DNA from: an uncultured bacterium
GTDB lineage: Bacteria > Zixibacteria > MSB-5A5 > UBA10806
Assembly: GCA_965602185.1 (NCBI GenBank)
Contig: CBFCYP010000001.1
Location: 1,413-65,412 of the forward strand
Length of the DNA: 64,000 nucleotides
Direction of reading: 5' to 3'
Position numbers and translations under genes: made by a program. The notes under the pieces were generated by a model that saw only the letters and a program-made list of their open reading frames with translations, was not told the DNA's origin and ran no database searches. Positions within the stretch are counted from its first letter, which is position 1. Every line of letters begins with the position of its first letter. Positions 19,812 through 27,374 of the stretch are shown here, piece by piece.

Positions 19812-20198
19812 ATGAATTACAACATCCTGATTTTGGTGGCAGCATCTTTAAATTTTATGGTGGGATTGGCGCTCCTGTATTTCCTCGTAAGGAATTTCGG
19901 AGTTGTCAGAAAACTGTCAAATGAAAAGCATAAACATCTCGATCGTTACTTTGACGATTTGCTGGAGAGGATTCAACGAATCGAAAGAAATCATCCCGTT
20001 CAGGCCGTCGCGAATTTAGAATCATACATTCCGGAAATGAGCGGTTCCGGAGCCAATCGAATAAAATCCGTCGTGGAAAAACTTCGCAACGGGGGCAATC
20101 CGGATGAAGTACGGAGAGAACACGGTTATTCCGGATCGGAAATGGGTTTGATACTGGCCGCCGCGGGGTTGACCGGGAACGGGCCGAACGCCATATAA
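19812..20198 (+). CDS. Single-pass membrane protein with a C-terminal HTH-like segment, hypothetical
   Basis: N-terminal TM helix (ILILVAASLNFMVGLALLYFLV), a coiled-coil middle and C-terminal LRNGGNPDEVRREHGYSGSEMGLILAAAGL. It may resemble DUF2802-type flagellar-cluster proteins; this is unverified. Confidence 0.45.
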   Translation: MNYNILILVAASLNFMVGLALLYFLVRNFGVVRKLSNEKHKHLDRYFDDLLERIQRIERNHPVQAVANLESYIPEMSGSGANRIKSVVEKLRNGGNPDEVRREHGYSGSEMGLILAAAGLTGNGPNAI

Positions 20199-20202
20199 TC
20201 CC

Positions 20203-20229
20203 TTTAGGAAATCAAGGCGATGCCGATAG
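20203..20229 (+). promoter_or_regulatory. Possible sigma28-type promoter (strong -10, weak -35) for the zinc-ribbon/ycgR-like operon
   Basis: GCCGATAG at 20222-20229 matches the GCCGATAA -10 in 7 of 8 positions. The -35 (TTTA) is poor. Confidence 0.3.
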
Positions 20230-20262
20230 TTTTAAAGGGAACAATTACCGGAGAGGTTTAAT

Positions 20263-21447
20263 ATGGCCAATGATCAAACACCCTACTTCGCTACCAAAAT
20301 TGAATGTCCCGTTTGCGGCTACCTAAATTCGTTTGAAATTCTAAAGCAGGGCTCCTACACGGAATCCGGTAAGGATACCGATTTCGCTCCCACGGGCAGA
20401 GTCTGGAATAATCCCGCCTTTCAGAGATATAATCCCCTTCTGTATTTCACGGGCACCTGCGGGAATTGTTACTATACCCGTGAGATAAACTCCTCGTTCA
20501 GAAAATGGCAGAAGGATAACGGTTTTCGCACTTATCGGCTTCCGAATCAAAAAAAGGGACATTTGAAGGAAATTGCCGGAGAAGGTAGCGTAATAAAAGC
20601 TCTCGCAACAAATATCGATTATAAGAATTTTCCGAATGAATCAGCCATCATCAAACTGCTTATAGCCATTTACGACGAATTGCTTCTGGAGCGGCCAACA
20701 TCTCTTGACGTGGCCAGATATTACCTCCGTATCGCCTGGATATACCGCGAGATGTCAAGCGGGAAATGCGAAAATATTTCTCCGGCTCAAATAACCGTGA
20801 GCAATATTCAGCGTGAAATTAACCGGCTGAAAAAATATATCGATGGTTTGGGTGATCACATCGAACCTCTCTTGAATATGGTAAATGATGATCTGAAGCC
20901 GATGCTTTCTCAGGATCAATTTCCGGGCGGATTAACGTTCCGAATGGGAGAGGGGATCGATAGTATCTTTGGGTCATGGAGAGAGATCCAGGAGAATATC
21001 AACCGGATCGAATCAGAATTTAATATGGGGAAAGAAGAAATCTGCGATCATGAGAACGAGGATAAAGTCCAGACCGACTTCGGGGGATATCCCGCTTTTA
21101 ACGATTATCTGAGTAAAATTCGGGAAAGCTGGCTGGGCGTTCCGTTAACCGAATTCGGGTCTTTAGACTTCGCGCTGCAATACTATCTCAAGGCATACCA
21201 GAACAGCAAAGAAATCAAGCCGGGGCTCCAGCAGCTCCAGGCCTCATATGTGATCGCGGAGCTTTCAAGACGCGTGGGAAACAATAACCAGGCCATGGAA
21301 TATTTTAGGAATACCTCCAAACAAGCTCATGAGATGATGAATCGGAATAGAAACGATAAGACCGTTTTTGCAAACGCGCAAAAAATCTTCGAAATGTCGC
21401 TGGAACAGGCCCGACTTCTAAAAAAACCAGAGAAGGTGAAAAAATGA
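20263..21447 (+). CDS. Zinc-ribbon (CPVCG...CGNC) plus helical-repeat protein, DUF2225-like, hypothetical
   Basis: N-terminal four-Cys motif (ECPVCGY...TGTCGNCYY) and a C-terminal TPR-like helical region. Its stop overlaps the downstream PilZ gene start (ATGA). Confidence 0.55.
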   Translation: MANDQTPYFATKIECPVCGYLNSFEILKQGSYTESGKDTDFAPTGRVWNNPAFQRYNPLLYFTGTCGNCYYTREINSSFRKWQKDNGFRTYRLPNQKKGHLKEIAGEGSVIKALATNIDYKNFPNESAIIKLLIAIYDELLLERPTSLDVARYYLRIAWIYREMSSGKCENISPAQITVSNIQREINRLKKYIDGLGDHIEPLLNMVNDDLKPMLSQDQFPGGLTFRMGEGIDSIFGSWREIQENINRIESEFNMGKEEICDHENEDKVQTDFGGYPAFNDYLSKIRESWLGVPLTEFGSLDFALQYYLKAYQNSKEIKPGLQQLQASYVIAELSRRVGNNNQAMEYFRNTSKQAHEMMNRNRNDKTVFANAQKIFEMSLEQARLLKKPEKVKK

Positions 21448-22187
21448 AAAACCGCATCGGCGCAAAAAGCGACAATCTCGCCCTCTGGGACAGGTTGATC
21501 CTGACTCTAAAAAAAGACGACGGAAGATCTGAATTTATCAGCAGGGTGGAGAATAAAAAACGGAATTCATACGTTTTTGAAATGCCCGTCAGGCAAAGCG
21601 GTAAATGCAATTTACAAAAAGGAGATGTTGTGGAAGTCCGTTATAACAGGCGCGACGCCGCCTATACGTTCAAAGCGAGCATAAAGGACCTCTTTGTCGA
21701 CGACGTCGGATCGATCGAGGTGAAACGGGAAGGCGAAACCAGAAGGGAGCAGCGCCGAAAATATGTGAGGCTGAATATATCGGAGAGTATAAATTTCAGG
21801 ATATTGGAATCTCCCGAAAATGACGACGTCGGCTTGAGTCCTGAGTTCCAGGGATTGCTTTTAAACATTTCCGCCGGCGGTTTTCTTTTCGAGACGGAAA
21901 AAAAAGTACCGTCGGATTCCCTGCTCATAATTAAATTCAAGCTTAAGTATCATTATTCATTAGAAAACATACTCGCCATAGTCAAACGGTCGGAACAAAC
22001 CGGCGACGGTTTATTTCTGGTGGGATCGGAGTTTATTACCAAAGCCAATAAGGGCGATTTCGGCCTGGAGAGACTGGACGAATATCTTCCGCCCGGAACC
22101 GGAACATTTGATGAAAATCTCCAGAGGCTTATAGTCCAGTTCATTTACAATCAACAGGTGGAAATGCGTAAAGAGGGCAAGCTTTAG
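21444..22187 (+). CDS. ycgR: YcgR-like c-di-GMP-binding PilZ-domain protein (candidate flagellar brake)
   Basis: 247 aa. An N-terminal PilZN-like domain is followed by PilZ motifs RRKYVR (RxxxR) and NISAGG (D/NxSxGG). Located in the flagellar regulon. Confidence 0.75.
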   Translation: MKNRIGAKSDNLALWDRLILTLKKDDGRSEFISRVENKKRNSYVFEMPVRQSGKCNLQKGDVVEVRYNRRDAAYTFKASIKDLFVDDVGSIEVKREGETRREQRRKYVRLNISESINFRILESPENDDVGLSPEFQGLLLNISAGGFLFETEKKVPSDSLLIIKFKLKYHYSLENILAIVKRSEQTGDGLFLVGSEFITKANKGDFGLERLDEYLPPGTGTFDENLQRLIVQFIYNQQVEMRKEGKL

Positions 22188-22188
22188 C

Positions 22189-22746
22189 ATGAAATCAATT
22201 TACAGGTTGTTTTCATCTGGAATATTCTCAGTTTATATTTTTTGTTCAACTGTTTCAGGAACATTGATTCCATCCACGAATATAGCGGTGATTCTGGAAA
22301 CAGAGAAATTCGCATATCCCGATAAGGGCCAGTTGATATTTTCTTCTCTGGAAAAGGAAATGCGTCTTAAGGGATTCATGGGAAGACTCAGAGTTATAGA
22401 AAGAGAGGATCGGCCGGCCGTATCCGGCGAGACCGTGGTTAAAATCACTATCACGAAAAACCGATGGCTGACAAGAAAACTCCTATCCATACCGTATATG
22501 CTGAATCGATACAGAAGAGAATACATAATAGAATCGTTTGTCGAGATCCCGGAAGGAAAAAACGGGATGTCCATAATAAGAATCACGGCGGCGAGTTCCG
22601 CTCGCGCAATCACTCAATATGTTAACAATGATAAATACGATCCCGCTCTTTTTCCAAATCAAATGGAACAACTGGAAATGAAAGAAAACGCCAGAAAGAT
22701 GCTGGCCAAAAAACTCGCGAATCATCTTTTCAATCAACTGAGGTAG
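22189..22746 (+). CDS. Hypothetical exported protein or lipoprotein
   Basis: 185-aa ORF with a signal-peptide-like N-terminus (MKSIYRLFSSGIFSVYIFCSTVSG). No recognisable domain. Confidence 0.45.
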   Translation: MKSIYRLFSSGIFSVYIFCSTVSGTLIPSTNIAVILETEKFAYPDKGQLIFSSLEKEMRLKGFMGRLRVIEREDRPAVSGETVVKITITKNRWLTRKLLSIPYMLNRYRREYIIESFVEIPEGKNGMSIIRITAASSARAITQYVNNDKYDPALFPNQMEQLEMKENARKMLAKKLANHLFNQLR

Positions 22747-22871
22747 CGCTGTTTAACGACGGAAAAGTAACGGAGTTCTTAAGCCGTAATGAAAATAATA
22801 CTCAAGATAACATATCATCTGTGGAGATCCGCTTTTTCGGGCGGACATTTTAAACCTGAATAGGAGTAAAT

Positions 22872-23720
22872 ATGGAGGAAGCAGTACCTCGAGATTCCGA
22901 CAAAATAGACTATTTCGGTATGGCCGGCGAATTGAAGGCTTTATGCGAAATATCCAAGGCCGTTCAGGAGGCAGATATTTCAGAGGAATCTTTTGAAGAG
23001 ATCTTAAAAGCTGTTGGGAGAATCATCGACTTCAGATCGGGATCGCTTTTTCTGTTTTCCAAGGAAACCGGAAAGCTCGATGAAATATGCACTATCGGAC
23101 ACCGTGTAGATTTAATTAATTTTGTTGAGTTTGATATGGGTATGGGAATATCCGCCTGGGTAGCCCAAAAAAGAAGACCTATATTATTGAATAATCTGAG
23201 AAAGTCAAAAGGCGGAGTTCACATCAGGTCTTTCCTATCGGTAGCTATCGTCTATGGTAACGAAATTATAGGAGTTATTAATCTCGCGCACGACGAACCC
23301 AATGCGTTCACCCGACGGGATTCCAATATTCTCGGAATAGTATCAACCCTCTTCGCGTTGTTATCGGAACGAATCTATCATAAAAAATTCGAGACCTGCG
23401 CCCGCGTGGAGATCGATTCCCTGAACGAACAGTTGAATAAAACCAGGATTGAAATGTCAAAGATGGAAAGTATTCGCGGAACCGGCGATCTTTCGGAATC
23501 CCTGAGCAAGCAGATAGCAAATCCCCTGGCAATAATCGCGGGCAACGCCCAGTTTCTGTTGATGACTGTGAAAAATTCATCCAGTTCGGTTATCAGAAGG
23601 CTTAAGGCTATCGATAAAGAGGCATCGAATATCGCCGCGCTGGCAAGCCGGTGCCTGTCCGGGTCTTATACTGAAAAAGAGGTCTCCGTCGAATCAAAAG
23701 AAGAATATCGGAGAATCTGA
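22872..23720 (+). CDS. GAF-domain protein with a His-less DHp (HisKA-like) domain and no ATPase domain (pseudo-histidine-kinase)
   Basis: A GAF-like region is followed by SKQIANPLAIIAGNAQFLL. This aligns with the HEIRNPLTVIGGHSN H-box of the adjacent kinase, with the phospho-His replaced by Lys/Gln. The protein ends right after the DHp region. Confidence 0.6.
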   Translation: MEEAVPRDSDKIDYFGMAGELKALCEISKAVQEADISEESFEEILKAVGRIIDFRSGSLFLFSKETGKLDEICTIGHRVDLINFVEFDMGMGISAWVAQKRRPILLNNLRKSKGGVHIRSFLSVAIVYGNEIIGVINLAHDEPNAFTRRDSNILGIVSTLFALLSERIYHKKFETCARVEIDSLNEQLNKTRIEMSKMESIRGTGDLSESLSKQIANPLAIIAGNAQFLLMTVKNSSSSVIRRLKAIDKEASNIAALASRCLSGSYTEKEVSVESKEEYRRI

Positions 23721-23736
23721 TACTTTTAAAATAGCT

Positions 23737-25476
23737 TTGAGATATAAGATGAACTTGACGGGTGAGTTAATACGGGATTCTTCGGAAACGGTCAGGCCGG
23801 CCGCTTTCTTTACGCTGGATAAGAATTATTTTATCGGAAATATGGCCCAATACGGTTCCCTGTTTTGTGAATTCAATTGTATAAACGACCTTTTAAAAAA
23901 CAAAAGTTTCCTGCCTCTCGATAATCCCCATGTGAGGAACGCAATTAATAATGCGTTTAACGAAATGCCCTCGCAGGTGCGTTTCGAACATACAATTGGC
24001 GATAGGACATTTCATTTTGATTTATACTGCTTCCCGGAACTGGGGCAGGACAACTCGTCCATCGGCTGTTTTCTCGCCGATAGATGCCGCGACGAGGAAA
24101 CGGCAATATCGTTGCAGACGAAAGTCGACAGGCTCGATATTATCAATCAGGCCGTGAGAGCGTTTGCCGAGACAACCAATCTTAATGAAATTTTACGAAT
24201 AATTCTACTTGCGGTAACCTCCGGTCCCGGGCTCGGTTTTAACCGGGGATTCATTTTTTTATCCGATGAGTCCCGTACGTATCTTCACGGGTGTCTTGCT
24301 ACCGGCCCTTCCTCGCCTGCTGAAGCGGGCGAAATCTGGAAAAGTTTGTCTGAAAAATCCCTTTCCTTGGCCGAAATATTGCGTTTTTACAGAAGCGGGG
24401 AAAGCCCTTTTGACACCTATGTTAACCAGCTGGTAACGTCCTTGAAAATACCTCTTACCAAAAGCTCCAGTTTTTTGAAACGGTCTTATGAGGAAAGACG
24501 AGCTCTGGTTATCGATTCTGTTTCAAATCTAAATGAAGACGAAATATCCTTGAAGAAAAAATTGGAGGCCGAAAGTCTGGCCGTTGCCCCCTTGGTTTCA
24601 CGTGATTCGTGGCTGGGAGTTATCATAGCGGATAACCTTATCACTAATAAGCCGATCTCATCCTCGGATTTGCAGCTTCTGGAAATCTTCGCGCGCTATG
24701 CCTCGGACGCCATCGATAATACCCATCTATACGGCAGGCTCCAGAGAAAGATCGCGAAGCTTAAAGAGGCCAATGAAGAAATTATCAGGACCAGGGAGAA
24801 TCTAATCCGTTCGGAGAAATTAACGGGTATATCGAAAATGGCTCTGGAAGTGGCTCATGAGATTCGCAATCCTTTGACGGTGATCGGCGGTCATTCCAAC
24901 GCGAGGCTCAGAAAAATGAAGGATGATCCTGAAAACGAGAGAATTTATGGCATAATTTCCAAACAAACTGCCCGAATAGAAAACACTCTAAACCGTTTCT
25001 CCAGCATTATTTCCCTGAGCGAGAAAGAAGACGGCGAATTTAATATCGGCGACCTGGTTATAGAAACCCTCAGGACAATGACATCGATTAAATCGGAAAA
25101 GATGCCTATCGTTGACGTCGATGATAAGGCTAAGGACGGAAAGATATTTATCGATCAGGGTCTCTTTCACAAAGCCCTGATGATAATTATTAGAGAAGCG
25201 TCATTAATCGCGGGAGGATTGTCGAATCTCAGGTTGGAAATTAAAAAACGGCATAATTCCGCCATTATATTGATCGGCAGCGACGGACTATACCAAAAAT
25301 TCGCCCATAGTTTTTTTTATGCCATGCGTATCGGGCAGGATGAGTTGAAATCGCAGGAGATGTCGGTCGCCCTCGAGATAATAAAACATTACGGCGGGGA
25401 CCTGGGTATAGGCTCCCCGGAAATATCGAAGGGATGGCTGATCGTGGAATTCCCATTAATCAAGGAGGAAAAGTGA
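23737..25476 (+). CDS. Cytoplasmic GAF-domain sensor histidine kinase (HisKA H-box present; catalytic-domain motifs divergent)
   Basis: No TM segment. GAF region, then HisKA box EVAHEIRNPLTVIGGHS. The C-terminal ATPase-like region has a G2-like GGDLGIG, but the N-box Asn is not evident (ALMIIIREASL). Confidence 0.7.
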   Translation: MRYKMNLTGELIRDSSETVRPAAFFTLDKNYFIGNMAQYGSLFCEFNCINDLLKNKSFLPLDNPHVRNAINNAFNEMPSQVRFEHTIGDRTFHFDLYCFPELGQDNSSIGCFLADRCRDEETAISLQTKVDRLDIINQAVRAFAETTNLNEILRIILLAVTSGPGLGFNRGFIFLSDESRTYLHGCLATGPSSPAEAGEIWKSLSEKSLSLAEILRFYRSGESPFDTYVNQLVTSLKIPLTKSSSFLKRSYEERRALVIDSVSNLNEDEISLKKKLEAESLAVAPLVSRDSWLGVIIADNLITNKPISSSDLQLLEIFARYASDAIDNTHLYGRLQRKIAKLKEANEEIIRTRENLIRSEKLTGISKMALEVAHEIRNPLTVIGGHSNARLRKMKDDPENERIYGIISKQTARIENTLNRFSSIISLSEKEDGEFNIGDLVIETLRTMTSIKSEKMPIVDVDDKAKDGKIFIDQGLFHKALMIIIREASLIAGGLSNLRLEIKKRHNSAIILIGSDGLYQKFAHSFFYAMRIGQDELKSQEMSVALEIIKHYGGDLGIGSPEISKGWLIVEFPLIKEEK

Positions 25477-25829
25477 AAAACATCTTAATTGTGGACGACG
25501 AGGAAGATATTCGTAGCCTGTATGAAAGCGAATTCGAGATTGAAGGGTATAAGATATATTCGGTTTCATCCGGATCGGAAGCCCTTGACTTTGTCGAAAA
25601 TAATTTCAGTCTCGATCTGGTGATTCTCGATATTAAAATGGATGATATGGACGGACTTGAGGTGCTGGAAAATATCAGGACCAGAACTAACAAGGTACCG
25701 GTAATTTTGAACTCGGCTTACTCCACTTATAAAAACAACTTCACGTCCTGGCTGGCCGACGCCTATCTTGTTAAGTCATCAAATCTATCCGAATTAAAAG
25801 ATAAGGTTCGGGAGCTTCTGGCAGTTTGA
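25473..25829 (+). CDS. Single-domain response regulator receiver (CheY-like)
   Basis: DD pair (IVDDEED), phospho-acceptor Asp (LVILDIKMDDMDG), and Ser/Thr and Lys positions. GTG start at 25473 with an AAGGAGGA RBS. The ORF-track 25434 start overlaps the kinase by 43 nt. Confidence 0.8.
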   Translation: MKNILIVDDEEDIRSLYESEFEIEGYKIYSVSSGSEALDFVENNFSLDLVILDIKMDDMDGLEVLENIRTRTNKVPVILNSAYSTYKNNFTSWLADAYLVKSSNLSELKDKVRELLAV

Positions 25830-26194
25830 ATACGGATAAAAAGACAGATCAAAAAGGGATCCTGGATTATTTAGAGGCGGTATCAGGCGAGATTCAGCTT
25901 CTCGCTCTAAATATAGCGGTTGCGGCGGCCAAGTTGGCGCACAACAACAAGATCGGAGTCGAGGTAAATCAAAATCTCTCCAATCTGGTAAATCGGGCCA
26001 CCCAGGCGGTCAAACAGATGAATCAGGTAATAGACGCCGCCAAGACAGAAAAAAGCCCCCGGGACGCATTTAACGATGCCAAAGATGAACCGGTCGATGG
26101 CGGACTCACCGAAAATATCGAATCCGCTATGAGCGATATAATCAGGGATTCGGAAAGAATAGTCCGGCTTCTCGCCAATGTTAAAAAGAGGTAA
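25826..26194 (+). CDS. Small all-helical protein with a single His in an AHxxKxG context: candidate Hpt phosphotransfer protein (MCP-tip-like alternative)
   Basis: 122 aa. The only His lies in LLALNIAVAAAKLAHNNKIG. The gene is wedged between receiver genes with a 4-nt overlap upstream and a direct abutment downstream. Confidence 0.45.
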   Translation: MNTDKKTDQKGILDYLEAVSGEIQLLALNIAVAAAKLAHNNKIGVEVNQNLSNLVNRATQAVKQMNQVIDAAKTEKSPRDAFNDAKDEPVDGGLTENIESAMSDIIRDSERIVRLLANVKKR

Positions 26195-26565
26195 TGCCGA
26201 TGCAGCCAGGAACTGTATTGCTGGTTGAAGACTCCGTTGAGGTAAGAGACGTTGTCGCTGAGATATTAACCCGGGATGGATATTCGGTTTCGATAACCAG
26301 TGACGGCCTCAGTGCATGGAAAATGATAAGTTCACAATACTTCGATCTCGTAATTTCCGATATGGGACTTCCGGGCATGGATGGGAAAGAACTTTTAAGA
26401 AATATGAGGAAAAACTCCATTAAAACACCGGTTTTGCTTACATCAGGAGTTAGAATAAAAGAGAAAATCGGTTGCGGCACCGTGTCGGATTGTCGTCTGA
26501 TTTATAAGCCATTCGAAATAAACGAAATAAAAAATGCCATTTTTGACCTTTTAAAGAAAAAATAG
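26194..26565 (+). CDS. Single-domain response regulator receiver
   Basis: LLVEDSVEVRD, phospho-acceptor LVISDMGLPGMDG, T in LLTSGV and K in YKPF. Confidence 0.85.
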   Translation: MPMQPGTVLLVEDSVEVRDVVAEILTRDGYSVSITSDGLSAWKMISSQYFDLVISDMGLPGMDGKELLRNMRKNSIKTPVLLTSGVRIKEKIGCGTVSDCRLIYKPFEINEIKNAIFDLLKKK

Positions 26566-26663
26566 TTTGACGAAAAAGTAATTTCTATTTGATTTAGAAC
26601 GATAATAATAAAGAAGATATAAGTCCCTGCTAATATAATTTTTCAAATAAGGAGCGCGGCGCA

Positions 26664-27086
26664 ATGAAAGAATACGTGAATATTCTTATCGTGGAAGACG
26701 AAGCCATGATGCGGAATCTTTTATTGAAAATATTGGAATCGGAAGGTTATAAGATTACTCTTGCGTCTTCGGCGGCTGAGGCTCTCGATAAACTGGAATG
26801 TGAAAAATACGACCTGCTGTTATCCGACGTTAAAATGCCGGGAATGAACGGATTTGAATTGCTTGAGAAAGTGAAAAGCCAGTGGAATGATATGGCGGTT
26901 ATCGTAATGACGGGATATGGAGACGCCTACACTATCAAAGAGGCTCTGATGAAGGGAGCCGATGAATATCTGTCAAAGCCCTTTAAAAGCCATGAGGTTT
27001 CACTTATAGTCGAAAGGGCTTACTGGCGATTACTTTCGGCGAGAAATTCGGCTGAAAAATCAAAGCAACCGATAACGACACCGTAA
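26664..27086 (+). CDS. Single-domain response regulator receiver
   Basis: ILIVEDEAMMRN, phospho-acceptor LLLSDVKMPGMNG, T in VMTGYGD and K in SKPF. Confidence 0.85.
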   Translation: MKEYVNILIVEDEAMMRNLLLKILESEGYKITLASSAAEALDKLECEKYDLLLSDVKMPGMNGFELLEKVKSQWNDMAVIVMTGYGDAYTIKEALMKGADEYLSKPFKSHEVSLIVERAYWRLLSARNSAEKSKQPITTP

Positions 27087-27118
27087 AATAGCCCCTTTAT
27101 TTATTTCAATAATCTTAC

Positions 27119-27145
27119 ACGGCCTTCAAGGGCCGTTTTATTTAA
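27119..27145 (+). terminator. Rho-independent terminator after the receiver gene cluster
   Basis: ACGGCC-ttcaag-GGCCGT hairpin followed by TTTTATTT. Confidence 0.6.
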
Positions 27146-27320
27146 AAGAAATTTATTCACCTGTAAGCAGAAAGATTTTCCCATATTAATTTTGAGTTGT
27201 CGGGGCATAAAATATCCCCGATGATTTTCATGAATTCCGGGATAAAATAATCCCATATCGCACAAAGACTTGGGCTGGCCCGAGGGGCGCCGCCGGGAAT
27301 ACTTACGGATATTCCGTTTA

Positions 27321-27335
27321 GGGCATATCAATTGC
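27321..27335 (+). promoter_or_regulatory. Candidate sigma54 -24/-12 promoter for the flgFGAHIJ-flgNK-csrA-flgL-fliW operon
   Basis: GGGCAT-atcaa-TTGCTTAA, with GG and GC 10 nt apart. The extended motif matches the element at 2580-2594. The flgF ATG is 40 nt downstream, behind a GTGAGGA RBS. Confidence 0.45.
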
Positions 27336-27374
27336 TTAATAAAATGAGGGTTTTGGTATTGATGTGAGGATTTT

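Noticed and set aside
25826-26194. Calling the 122-aa protein a methyl-accepting chemotaxis protein
   Set aside because: It shows only about 25 residues of resemblance to the MCP signalling tip. It has no methylation helices, HAMP or TM, and no cheA/cheW nearby. It is kept as a hypothesis alongside the Hpt reading, not annotated as an MCP.
26567-26639. sigma70-like hexamers (TTGACG; TATAAT at 26634-26639) before the third receiver gene
   Set aside because: Spacing between candidate -35 and -10 elements is wrong (over 60 nt, or no -35 at 17 nt). An internal promoter is possible but unsupported, so it is not reported as a feature.
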